From: Mytilus trossulus | Taxonomy: Eukaryota | Direction: 5' to 3' | NCBI RefSeq assembly: GCF_036588685.1 | Contig: NC_086373.1 | Coordinates: 36,332,001-36,396,000 of the forward strand | DNA: 64,000 bases | In this document: positions 1 through 12,032 of the stretch, piece by piece | How the letters are laid out: every line of letters starts with the position of its first letter | Numbering within the stretch: the first letter of the stretch is position 1 | Program-made: the position numbers and the translations under genes | Notes under the pieces: generated by a model | What the model was told of the DNA's origin: nothing | Databases searched by the model: none | Seen by the model: the letters and a program-made list of their open reading frames with translations, nothing else

Positions 1-1274
1 TTTGACATTTTTACCTTTTACATGTGTTATGTCTTTATCTTTTGCTAATACATCGTTGTCCATATAATGGACTTTTATGCATCTGTTATACATTTTGTAC
101 AAGTGAGAGGGTCAGCTAGCTATAAATATACTATTTTCTATATAAGAAAATGCCCGTACAAAAACAGGAATATGACAGTAGTTTTCCATTAGTTTGATGT
201 GTTTGGGTTAGAGACATTCCGTTTTGATTTTTCCTCGGAGTTTAGTACTTTTACGATTTTACATTTTACTTATAAAATTGTCTCGCTCACGATTAGTGTT
301 GTTCGTTAAAAGTATAATATTAACTGTAAAGAAAAAAATATTCTTCTGGTGATATTGTTCGATTTTGCATATTCAACTGAGGGTCTTACAATGGATGTAT
401 CTGCTGCTCACTTTACCTTTTTTGTACAGCCTTTCAGTTTTCACATGAACATTCCAAATATCTTATTTCTTTTGTATACTTATTGAACATCTGAAGTAAT
501 CTCTGGATTTGTTTTGGATTCCTCTTGCTCGGGTTTTTTTTGTTGTGTTTTGTAGAAGGTTGTTTGTCTATACGTGGATCTCCTATTTTGTCTTGATTTT
601 GTCGTCGTTCCTAAGAAATATGAACTCTCATTTTCCATTTTATGTCTTTCGCCTCTTTTTCATAAATAAATATAACCGTTAGGAACCCTCAAACATTTGC
701 AGCAGGATTAAACGTTTTAATGATATCAAACCTTTTCCCTTTTCTGAAATCATAGCATATTAACATCACAAAATAGAAAAACACACGATACAATATCAAT
801 TGAAAGGCTTACCTCAATCAAAAGTGTAGATCGCATTTGATTTATAAGTATTTATGAGATATAAGATTGATTTTATTGTTTTGATATTATTTACAGTACC
901 CGTTTTATGACTTTAATACGAACATGTTTTTAGAATTTTTGTTATAATGATTTTACTTGTCAATTCTTTATTGTCATTTAAAGTCATTAAAAACAACGGG
1001 AGTTATAGAACTTTTATAGTTTTTGGTAAATTTTATTATAATTACAAATATCTGAAGTCTAAGATAGAATGTCTGAATCATTTCATATTTGATAAGATTA
1101 TCTGCCAGTATATGTAATTTGTGTTTGTTTCTGCTATAATAATACATGCATGATTTCTTCAGAAATTTGAGATTTTGGTTTTACTCATACTCCATAACAT
1201 TGTATTACAACAATGTCACCAAAAGAGACGATAAAGACGTAAGTCCGTTACATAATGAACTCCCCCAATTATCA

Positions 1275-1372
1275 ATAAACTCATCATAGATACCAGGATT
1301 AATATTTTACATGTACGCCAGACGCGCGTTTCTTCTACTAAAGATTCACCAGTGACTCATCAGTGACGCTCG
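1275..1372 (-). mobile_element. Degenerate family-B retrozyme fragment
   Basis: acgccagacgcgcgtttc...ctcatcagtgacgctc with stem II disrupted by a short duplication. Confidence 0.7.
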
Positions 1373-1649
1373 ACTGAATAGATATAAGAAAAAAACAAAT
1401 GACTGAATATATTCATGATCTACCCAATGTGAACCAGAAAATGGATGAAGTTTCGCCATGCAATGGATTCACATAGTTAGATAAAGGGAACAAACTATTG
1501 GTTCCAACTGATATAAAATGTAAAAATATGCTTATTAGATATTGTAAATCCGCAAATAAGAAAAAAGGCTAAAAAAAACTCTTTATTTGGCTTATTAATT
1601 CCATCCAGAAAATGGTGTTGGTTAACAAAATCAGCTGATCTAAAGTAGT

Positions 1650-1852
1650 TTTCAAGGGTACCAGGCTTTTAATTTAATACAACAGACGCACGTTTCGCGC
1701 ACAAAAGACTAATCAGTGACGCTCGGATCAAAATAGTTATAAAGCCAAACAAGTACAAAGTTGAAGAGCATTGATGACCCACAATTTCAAAGAAATGTGC
1801 CAAATACGGATACGGTTATCTATGCCTTGAATAAGAAAATTCTGAGTATTTC
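1650..1852 (-). mobile_element. Degenerate family-B retrozyme fragment
   Basis: Homologous to 17137-17280. Core mutated (CUGAUUA). Confidence 0.7.
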
Positions 1853-2269
1853 GCGCCTTTGGTGACGTCTGTTATAACTATAAGATTGTTAGTTGACTAG
1901 ATTCTAAATTCTCCTCTTTTAATAACATATAACTATATTCACTTTTATTGGAATATTGTTTTACAGCACCTGGCCTAAGAAAATTTTTATCCACTTTTGT
2001 AGAATCTTTAATAATAAAGAATGATAATGTTTAGATAACAAAAATGTTCATTAAAATAAGTTCATTGAATAAGTACAATTGCAGAAATTGGCAACTGACT
2101 TCTCGTAAGAGTTATTGCCCCTTATTTGATGTTTAAATGATCTGCTGAACCTTTGATAGACAGTGAAAAACTATAAGGCGTAAAATTGAATATTAAGGCA
2201 ACAGATAATTGCAATAATATTCTGCAAATGAAATCTGCAAATAAATCTACATGGTGGAATTTATTAATT

Positions 2270-2432
2270 ATATAAAAAAGAAGATGTGGTATGATTGTCA
2301 ATGAGACAACTATCCACAAAATACCAAAATGACACAAACATTAACAACTATAGGTCACCATACTGCCTTCAACAATGAGCAAAGCCCATACCGCATAGTT
2401 AGCTATAAAAGGCCCCGATAAGACAATGTAAA
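2270..2432. repeat. High-copy interspersed repeat (related copies at 13945-14060, 16270-16445, 44825-44960, 56090-56345, 59170-59470)
   Basis: Shared agatgtggtatga..gtcaatgagacaact..tataggtca..gccttcaaca..gctataaaaggccc. Confidence 0.75.
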
Positions 2433-2670
2433 ATTAACCAGTTAGATGAATTATTACCTTTGCCAAATGATTTTTATCTTGTTAAATTTGATTTGCAGAA
2501 AATAAAATAGGAAGAGATAAAGAAAAAAATGTGCAGCTAAATAAGATCTACAAATAAGATAGTATGACTTTAATTGTCAACAAACTTATTTAACATGAAT
2601 GATACTGTTTTGCCGTTTTAGCATCTATTTTTTTTATAAAGAAACTGTAGTAGACTGAGAGTATCTTGTA

Positions 2671-3226
2671 GGTGGTATGGGAGTCTAAAATAAAAATGAT
2701 AGAATTTGTGCATACTTTGCAAAAACGTAGTTTCTATTAATGTATATTCAAAAATATAATAAAAATGATAGGTCACCGCGCATTTTTTCAAATTACAGGT
2801 TGTGACAAAATGACACATTTTGTATAGATTATACAGGGAAAAACATCATAAATTTGGAAAAGATAGTTTTCAGACCACCAGACAATGCTTTGAGAATATC
2901 AAAAGATGGGGCCATAGTACGTTTTTTTTTCCGGCTGAAATACAATACAGGGAAATTCCATGTTGATTCCTTCAGAAAATGAACTGACTTAGAGTTTCAT
3001 CCCCTTAAAATGCAAATTCAAAAACATTTTAAAACAACCAAAAATAATCTAAACCTGTAATTATACTTAAATTTATAAGTTTTATACTTATAAAATGGTT
3101 CTTTTACATGAACATTTACATTATATATCTACATTCCTGCATCAAATTTTGCAAGCTTGATAGAAAATCTGGACCTTGTGTTCTCTGTTTTTACAATCCT
3201 AGATGGCTAAAGACACCGATACCACT
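2671..3226. mobile_element. MITE-like element with imperfect TIRs
   Basis: Left ggtggtatgggagtct versus right reverse complement agtggtatcggtgtct, followed by TTAA. Confidence 0.5.
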
Positions 3227-3295
3227 TTAAAGTGCAAGAATGATGATAAACGATCAACATGGAAGACATAATAAAATTAACGGTACCAATTTCCT

Positions 3296-3339
3296 GCACC
3301 AGATGCGCATTTCGACAATACATGTCTCTTCAGTGATGC
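3296..3339 (-). ncRNA. Minimal type-I hammerhead ribozyme (family A), intact
   Basis: GCAUCA CUGAAGA GACA-UGUAU-UGUC GAAA UGCGCA UC^UGGUGC: full core, 6-bp stem I, 4-bp stem II, palindromic stem III. Confidence 0.9.
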
Positions 3340-3644
3340 TCGTGGCCAAAATATTTGAAATCCAAACCTATAAAAAAGATGAAGAGCTATAATCCAAAAG
3401 GTTCAAAAAGTATAGCCAAATCCGTGAAAGGAATCAGAGCTTTGCATGAGGGAGATACATTCCTTAATTTATAATAATTTCCAATAGTTTGTAACAGCAA
3501 ATTTTAATAACACAAAAAATCCGTATTTTCATGCCAGTACCGAAGTACTGGCTACTGGGCTGGTGATACCCTCGGGGACTAATAGTCCACCAGCAGAGGC
3601 ATCGACCCAGTGGTAGTAATAAAATTAACGGTACCAATTTTCCT

Positions 3645-3688
3645 GCACCAGATGCGCATTTCGACAATTCATGTCTCTTCAGTGATGC
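3645..3688 (-). ncRNA. Minimal type-I hammerhead ribozyme (family A), intact
   Basis: Same as 3296-3339 except loop II is UGAAU. Confidence 0.9.
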
Positions 3689-4240
3689 TCGTGGCCAAAA
3701 TATTTGAAATCAAAACCTATATAAAAGATGAAGAGCTATAATCCAAAAGGTTAAACAAGTATAGCCAAATCCGTGAAAGGAATCAGAGCTTGGCATGAGG
3801 GAGATACATTCCTTAATTTATAATAATTTCCAATATTTTGTAACAGCAAATTTTAATAACACAAAAACAAAATCCGTATTTTCATGCCAGTACCGAAGTA
3901 CTGGCTACTGTGCCGGTGAAACCCTCGGGGACTAATAGTCCACCAGCAGAGGCATCTACCTCCTGTGACAAATCATAATTTTGCAAATATTTTTTAAAAT
4001 TTAATACATTTGTAGGAAGGTTTAAATTGTAAACAATACAAATGATTAACAATACAAGATTTATGAAAATACTACTAAATAGTATCAATATGTTTAAAAA
4101 CATAACTGTTTTCAATGAAAAGTAATAAAAAATTAACAAAATGGCAAACTGTTACCAGGTGAGCGATTCAAGCTCAAGAGATCCTTTTTTAAAAGGTTTA
4201 TATTGTGAAATAATCATCAAAATTTACTACTCAACACCAG

Positions 4241-4250
4241 TTTATTTATT
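4241..4250 (-). terminator. Candidate poly(A) signal(s) of TyrA
   Basis: Overlapping AATAAA hexamers ~90 nt after the stop codon. Weak evidence in an AT-rich background. Confidence 0.45.
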
Positions 4251-4339
4251 CTTCTTTATGTCACAAACAGAGGCTAATAACACAAAAACTATTTTGGTAA
4301 CATACATGTAGAATAAATAAAAAAAAGTATATCATTTCT

Positions 4340-5897
4340 TTATTTTTTGTTCTGATAACATTCTTTCCATATCCATTCATTTGAATAATCACAGAAAAAT
4401 TCCATGTAAATGTTTGATTCTCTTTCTATTGGTGTGAACTTGCCATAGAACTGCCAGATCGATAGAACAGCTTCACCAAAGTCGTTACCATACATGAGTG
4501 GACTCTGGGCTGTGACTTTAATTGCACCAGTACAGGAGACATAGTACAGATTTCCATTCTCCCATTTTCGGCATGTTGGTTTACAGAGTCGGCCACATGC
4601 ATCAGATGCAGTGATCATTACTTCTGTTGGTTTATTTGCCGTAGGTTTTTCAACAGCGATGTACCCGATATGAGAGGATATCGGAAGTCTGTTATCAACA
4701 AACACATAATCTGTGTATGTTCCGAAGTAGCTTAATCCAGTAGACTTTAGTCTTACTTTGAATGCACCAGATTCGTCTTCTATACAATCATTATATGTTG
4801 CTGGATTACCTGGTTTAACAACATTTTTCAGACCTTTGTATTTGTGTTCGTCGTACATATCATACCCACTTGGATTTTTTGCGTTAGCGTCAGATTGTGA
4901 TGCAAAGTGAGCCTCTTGAGGTCGCAGATGAACGACTTTAATTGGTATAAATGCCCATTTTCGTACGTCACTTGAACAACCCGCTATGAAGTTATTTTGT
5001 ATAGGTTTACCCATGCATGGTTCACGTTCTTGTGGAAGGTAGATATTTGTTATTTGTTGAGAGTTAACTGTTATTTGATAACTGTGACTGATAGTTGTGT
5101 GGTGTATATGGGTATCTCTTTTCCTCCTGTTACCATGATTGTTACGGAAATTCATCTGGACTCGTCCATTTCTTCTAGCATCAACTAACGGCTGTGTTCT
5201 TGCTCTAAAATTTCGATCTACAGCAGCACATTCTGCTCCGTTGGTTCCCATTCTACATTGCAGATCAGGGGACCCGCAGTAAGTATTCTGTCTCGAACAA
5301 GTAGGCGATAGTTGATAAAAACTTTTTCGTGCTAGTTGAACACCATACCCGTCACGATTTGTTGGAATACGTCCAAGAAATTGCACAACAGGCATGTTCT
5401 TCATCGCAACGTCTGGTAACTGAGCAGGAAGTCCAGTTTTATGAGGATAAGCTGTATTATATTGATGACTGTATCTCCATACTTCCCACAAATAGTCTAT
5501 AAAAGTATGATGTAACCAAAAAATACAATCCCATGGTGCCAATTCGATAGGTCCCATTGATCCACCTATATAATTATGGACATCGTCATGATAAGATTCC
5601 ATGGTGGGATATGGAGATGGTTCGGTCAGACGGTTAATATTTGGCATCCTCATTACATCCCTAACTTCAGCTGACGTGAACAGAGAACCTGCGTTACCAA
5701 CATTTCTGATTACGGCATTACCTCTAACGTCATTAAAGCCTCCGCAAATACCAGTTCGAACAGTTCCACTCATTTCACCAAGATAGTCGGCTGTCCAAAG
5801 TATAGAATTGGCAGGAGTATCCATATTTGCATCAAGACCAGAGTTCCAATATGGCATTGTGACGGAAGGGTCGTAATACTGTAATACCAGTTCTAAT
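4340..5897 (-). CDS. TyrA coding exon 3 (CuB site, second furin site RRKR, C-terminal Cys-rich domain); joined protein 684 aa
   Basis: Acceptor tttcag at 5898, then LELVLQYYDPSVTMPYW...ESYHDDVHNYIGGSM...WDCIFWLHHTFIDYLW. The first 51 aa of ORF 4340-6049 are intronic. Confidence 0.95.
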
Positions 5898-6758
5898 CTG
5901 AAACCAATTAGCATATAACATTCAGATATATATGAAATATGCAATGATTCAACAATGTCTTTTGATGATATGGTTGTGTGTTGAATCAGGTTAAACTTTA
6001 TCAATGATAAACATTTGTTTCTGACGTAAACAAAACACACAAATAACATATTTCAAACGAGAATTTTTTTTTCAACTTTATACATGCCATTTTATAAGGA
6101 TCAAATACTGTTTAAAACTTCGAAGCAGCAAGTTTTCACTCAATTCTTTGGTGGTTTTGATAGCACAATTCGGTTCTTTCGAATTGGATTTATAGATTAC
6201 TGTTCTGCTGTCATATATATTCTTTTGTAAGTTTGTCATGTGTAGAAGAAACATATACCTGTGATGAAAACCAACGTATTCTCTTTCGATAAAATAAACG
6301 TTAATGACCTTAGTTGTTGCTTTTAAAATACTGCAATCAATAGTAAAAAAACCATTGTATTTTTAAACAGAAATAAATTTATCTACCTGTAAAAATATAT
6401 ATTTACAATTTATACTTTTGCTATTTGTGAGAAAACAAAAAAGATGACCCCAAAGGAGTTATAGAATTTCAAAAGTCTGCCTAATATTAATATTATATTA
6501 AGATATATGAAAAGACAATTATCGTTTTAAGTGATATATTTTTCAAAAGATATATATTTTCTGATTATTGTGTAGTTACGCCTGGTAACCAATAATTCAT
6601 GTACACCAATTTATCTTTACTAATCATTATGTGTCTGGAAACTCGTAATGTAAAATTAAGGTGATTAATTATGAGTTTTTATCCACTTTTATGCTTATGT
6701 TTTATGTACACTGATAATAAGCATTAAAAGATGTTTCTTCTTATCATAAAATATTTAC

Positions 6759-6856
6759 ACCAGGATCAGAAATCTGTGATAACCAAGAAAGGCAGGTCCA
6801 CTGTGAGCAGAAGTTCTGACTTGAGAGTTGTGAAATCGGGCAATCCAACCAAAATA
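6759..6856 (-). CDS. TyrA coding exon 2 (CuA site)
   Basis: ttttcag|TAT...GT|gtaaat, 98 nt, translated by hand as YFGWIARFHNSQVRTSAHSGPAFLGYHRFLIL. Three CuA His. Phases 0/2 fit the flanking exons. Not in the ORF track. Confidence 0.93.
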
Positions 6857-7117
6857 CTGAAAAGCAGACGAGAATTCTGACTGTTAATGAGTCTTTATAT
6901 CTAATTTATTGGCAGTTTGATGTATACTGAGAGCTATATACAGATATGATACAGATAACTATTTTGTGTCTTTGTGTTTTTGTAAGTTGATGTTTTTATT
7001 TTCATTAATCTGATGAACTGATTATCAAAGTCTGTTCTTATTTTTTGCTGTTTTATTTTAGCTTGTTATTTGTGAGTTTTGCTTACTGTCGAAAATCTAA
7101 CGGTGAGTTGTCTCATT

Positions 7118-7272
7118 TGGGGTTCGTGTTACTTATTCCTTAGTTTTCTGTGTTGTGTCATCTGTTCTATTGTTTGTCTGTTTGTCTTTTTCATTTTTAG
7201 CCAGGCGTTGTCAGTTTATTTTTTTTGATTTATGAGTTCAACTGTCCCTTTGGTATCTTTCGTCCATCTTTT
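7118..7272 (+). mobile_element. Penelope-like 3'-end fragment
   Basis: ggggttcgtgtt...ggtatctttcgtcc, same family as 8756-8920. Another copy at 22025-22175. Confidence 0.75.
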
Positions 7273-8755
7273 TTATAAATTAAGTGCTCTCACAGAACTT
7301 TTCTACATTTATCCTCATTAGGAAAAGAAAAAGAACAAATGTGAAACTCAATCATATATACATTCCCAAAGGTGATAAAAAAAAATCATAGCCAAAACAA
7401 TCTGCGGACAGCGTTAATTTGTGCATTTTTCAACCATATCAGTTCGGAAACAAAGATCCCGAAATCTTCCATAATATCAGAGAAACTTCTAATTTACTTA
7501 ACCGCGTATATACAAGACGTATCTACTTTGTGCAGTTCAGTTTAAATTCGAATGGATAAATATCGCAATCAACAGGTTGGCGTGGTAAAATCTTTATGTC
7601 TTATTAGTTTCTAACTAAATGTACAAAATGTACATGCATGTTATAAATCTCTGACTAATGGCATATTATACCACCGGGACTAATAGTGCAACAAATGCAC
7701 GGTATTGGTTTACGGATATATTTTCTCATTACAACGAACATTATTTCACCCTGCACAATATTGACTTTCAAACGCTTGTGTGTTACAGGTTGTGATTAGT
7801 TCAGTTTATGATGAAGTTAATAATAATATAAAAAGGAAATCAAAGATACAAGTTGTGCAGTTGCATTATATTTTACAAGTACCATTTTCAAAGAAATAAG
7901 ATGGCTACGCTCACTCGACCAAAGAATACATTTCCGTCAAACTATTAACAACACAATGAATCGGTGGATATTTGATCAAGTAAGGCTATTATTCCTTAAA
8001 TGAGGTTGCAATTTCATCTTATCCTTGTCTTTTTTCAACCCTTCAATGCCTGTATTTGGCTTAAGACAAAAAGTTCGACAACGAGATTCAGTGCAAATAA
8101 TTTTATTATCCAAATGGGTATCTGGTTAAATTATACTAATACCATTTATGCTATTGACAGTATAATGTATTGGTTGCAAACAGGTTGTACTGGTTATGGC
8201 AATGAATAATCTCTAATGTTAAAATGTACAAATTTTCTTATTCCTCTTTTGACTTACAATTCAAAACAACAGAGTGATATTATAATCATCATTATTTGAT
8301 CCTTTTTCAAATGAATCAGTGTGAAGTCAATAAAGTTTGGTGGAAATGTGTATTTCTATAACCTTTCATGTCCTTAATAAAAATTGATGAACAAACTACA
8401 GCTTAACATTTTAACCTTGTATACATAAGAAGATTACAACACAGGTTGCAATAACAAAAACAACAAAATTGAAATATTTGTTTTTTAAACGTCACGTAGC
8501 GACACATTCTGTGATAACCATATTAAACATGAACTGACATTCGTCTTACTTTAAGAAGTGATGTAGTTTAAATAATTCTAATACAACGGTTCAATCAGTC
8601 TTTGTTTTGTGTTTATTTGTAAGCTCAGTAGTTTAGCATGTTTTACAGTCATAGGATCGATGCCATTACTAATTTCATCCCTCAGATAATCACATGCACA
8701 GAAAAATTATTGATAGGAGCTGGTTAATTTTGATAAGTTTTACCCTTGAATATAT

Positions 8756-9582
8756 AAAAGAGGGACGAAAGACACATATGGAACATTCAAACGCATAAAT
8801 CGAAAACAAACTGACAACGCCATGGCTAAAAATGAAAAAAAAAGAAAAACAGATAAACAGATAAACAAAAGTACACATGACACAACATAGAAAACTAAAG
8901 AATAAGCAACACGAACCCAACCAAAAACTAGGGGTGATCTCAGGTGCTCCGGAAGAGTAAGCATATCCTGCTCCACATGTGGTACCCTTCATGTTGCTTA
9001 TGAGATAACAAATCCGGTAAATAGTCTATTTCGGTAGGTCACATTATTGAAAAGAAGGGGATTGTAGTTACGACGTAAAGAACATATCCGATATCATTTG
9101 TGAAACGGTTTATTCCATAACTGTCAACCAACTCCGTAAAATTTACGAAGGAATGATTTCAACTTCACTATTCGGAACTTTTGGTTTAATAGCTTCATTG
9201 TGAGTAGCAACCCCCTATCAGTAAAATCATGATAGGAAATGCAAGCACGGGAATATCGTATCAATTGGAAGATGTATACCCCGTATGCAGATGCTGCTGA
9301 AATGTTGCTTCTTTAAAATGAAAAGTTCACAATTGGAAAGCTGAAATCATTTCTTTTGTCGTAAAGTTTTGTTTCAACCGACCCTCATTGTCAGTTTCTA
9401 GATGTTAGTCAAGATATGAGGCCGACTTAACTGTATATGTAGTATCCTTTATCTCTAGTTCGATGGGATAAATGCGTTCAACATAGTCACCAAATTTTGA
9501 ATTATTTAGTAAAAGAACATCATCTATATAGCGAAAAGTAGAGTTAAAGGATATTGCTAACTTCTTATCTTTCTTCCTAATT
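8756..9582 (-). mobile_element. Penelope-like retroelement remnant (RT C-terminus and 3' region) in TyrA intron 1
   Basis: FNSTFRYIDDVLLLNNSKFGDYVERIYPIELEIKDTT..SASYLD, then with stops and frameshifts KLYDKRNDFSFPIVNF..AYGVYIFQLIRYSRAC. The 3' part recurs elsewhere in the window. Confidence 0.85.
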
Positions 9583-10138
9583 CTAAATATTTTATAAGCA
9601 TGCAGTGCTATTCTTTTTATACTTTGTAAGAAATTCAAAAGTCGAATATTTTAAAGGACAAGGATGTATTAGAATAAATAAACACAAGTGACGAGTGATA
9701 TGACCAAAAAAAGAAAGACTTTAAAAAGATAGCCTAAGAAGTAAATTATAAAAACATCGAGTTCCGAGGAAAATTCAAAACGGGAAGCCCGTAATCAATT
9801 TGCAAAATCAAAAACTAAAACAAATCATTCGAATAGATAAAAACAGTCATATTTCTGAATAATCATATCTCTTGTCATTTTGCCTCAGGGTATTAAATTT
9901 GTTTTTCTCCAAAATCGTTAATAAACGAAAGGAGAATTTAGGTAAGATATCTTAAGACTCATGCCAGTACCGAAATACAGACTAATGGTCTGATGATACA
10001 GCCGGAGATTGACAGTACAGCGATTTCAAACAAGTGCCATCCAATTAAAAATATTACTTCATCATTATAATATATACGTCTGAAGCGTTTTTCTTGTTTA
10101 ACATTCATTAGAAAGGCTTTTTGAAACCCAAGGGTTAA

Positions 10139-10594
10139 GGATGCTCGCCGGTATAAGATTTAAAAAAAAAAAAAATTTTATTATTACCTTAAGTAGTTGT
10201 TACTAAATCATATGTTACAAAATTATTCCAAAAAAAAGATTTTTGTTGGCCCCAGGTGACTTTTAAAATGTAGATATCATTGAAAAAGCTCCAAATTATC
10301 TCCCTTTGGTACAAACATGTCATTTTTTGGTATTAAAATTGAAATACCTTTTTTAACTCATCGGTGACCTATATTTTTTATTTTTATATTCGAATAAGCT
10401 GTTCATAAACTAAATAAGTGTAAGATTCAAGCAATTTCTGTAATTTAGTTCTTTTTTTTTTCGAAGGCAGATTGTGAGCGTAAATGAGCTGTGACCCCAT
10501 TTTATTTATTTATGTATAAGATAAAGTTAATTTATAGAAAAGTAAAGCGAAATCCTATATTAAATTAAAAACATATTTAGACCCGCGAGCCCCC
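10139..10594. mobile_element. MITE with imperfect TIRs, TTAA/TCAA flanks (Kolobok-like)
   Basis: Left ttaa|ggatgctcgccggtataa versus right reverse complement ttga|gggggctcgcgggtctaa. Confidence 0.6.
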
Positions 10595-11859
10595 TCAAAA
10601 ATATAATTTTCATCAGTATGATTTTTTCAAACGAAATTAGAGGTAAAGGGGGAAAGTTTAGTTCTTAAACAACATGTTTAACCCCGCCGTATTTAGTGAT
10701 GAATATATGGTTTCGCTTACGTTCGTACGAAATTGCACTCTTGCAGGTTTTTACTGCACTGTTTCATGTCTCATCCCTTGTCATAATAAAACAGTGAAAT
10801 GGCTAGGCACTATTAAAAAAAGACTTATAATGCAAGAATACATTGCTATACATTGAACTGTTTCAATAAAGTTACAAATTAGGCTTATTTAAAATATTTC
10901 TTGCTAATATGTAAGTTGAGATTTTTTTTCTAATTATAATGGTTTCCCATCTACACAATTCATTTTTAGTGCTGTTGGTGTCCTTCGAAAGATACCACTT
11001 ATATGTTTGATTTAAGATATCGAACAGTGCATGCGCTTTTGAAACTGACACCCTCTACCCGAACACTTTACTTTGTAAGAATTATTCCACTAACACTGCT
11101 TGTAACTTATTATATTTACTCATTTGGAACTGCAAAAGAAATCGAAACATTACTTTTTTGTAAATTGCTCGATATATCCTCAGGATAATTAGGTCAATAT
11201 CAAAGGTCAGATTTGGTCATGTTTTGATATTTGAAATTCAACTTGTGATCGCTCTTTCTTAGAAACCGTTCAGGGCATCGACAAAATGTGCTTACTAAGC
11301 TGTTAGTTGCAACATGTCGTTATTTCTGTATTTTTGGTTACAAGGGCTCATTTACACTAAATAGAATTTGCCCCCTTCTAAAGTTGAAATTAGCTGTATT
11401 GTAATAAAACCCATTCACCACATCTAATAGAGACTTAGGATCTTTTGATTTTAGTTCCTTGCTTTATGACCTTAAAGTTCAGATGAAGGTCAAATCTTAA
11501 TTTGTCGTCTTAGTTTTGCACTTTGCTATGAATTCACATTTATAAATAAATCTATTAGGTCTTTTGCATTTGGTTATTAGACATATGACCTTAGTGTTAG
11601 CAGGAAGAAGACCTTATGATTCCGGAAGTAATAATTTGCTGTAATGATTTCATGTGGAAGAACTAAAAAAAACATGTATTTTTGGAATCAGTGTAAAGTT
11701 ACTCTTCAGATGGTTCCAGTGGAGAATTTTGTTAACAAGAAGAAGAAGCAAATTATCACTCTTATTTCATGCAAACATACATGAATTTAGGATACATATA
11801 TTTTTTTTCGGCGTAAGGAAATCTATATTTTGATTCCGAAAGTGGTTTATTATATCATC

Positions 11860-12032
11860 TTACCTGTATTTGGCAAAATCTTTTGGAAATTTTAGTACTC
11901 TATGAATGCTCTTGAAATACGTACTTTATTTGGCCTTTTGAATATTTTTTTTTTATTTGAGCGTCAATGGTGAGTCTTTTGTATACGAAACGCACGTTTG
12001 TCGCAATTATAAAATTTCAAATCTGATATCTA
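11860..12032 (+). mobile_element. Degenerate family-B retrozyme fragment (TyrA intron 1, antisense)
   Basis: gagcgtcaatggtgagtcttttgtatacgaaacgcacgtttgtcgc; flanks match the other family-B copies. Confidence 0.65.

Larger units (their letters stand above)
3269..3960 (-). mobile_element. Non-LTR retrozyme tandem array (349-bp unit, ~2 copies)
   Basis: Near-identical direct repeat, offset 349 bp between 3296 and 3645. Each unit contains a type-I hammerhead. Confidence 0.88.

Noticed and set aside
3464-4139. ORFs 3464-3667 and 3882-4139
   Set aside because: Chance frames across the retrozyme repeat, with no coding signal.
4997-5786. Plus-strand ORFs antisense to tyrosinase exons (also at 39165-40125, 51410-52856, 60236-61637)
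   Set aside because: Antisense shadows of the coding strand.
5898-6049. N-terminal 51 aa of the 569-aa ORF (and the similar starts of ORFs 38520-40091 and 63120-63596)
   Set aside because: Intronic read-through. Homology among paralogues begins at conserved acceptor sites.
8690-8992. Hydrophobic ORFs here and at 19420-19729 and 47321-47524 that resemble each other
   Set aside because: The similarity comes from the non-coding 3' region of the Penelope-like repeat, not from a membrane-protein family.
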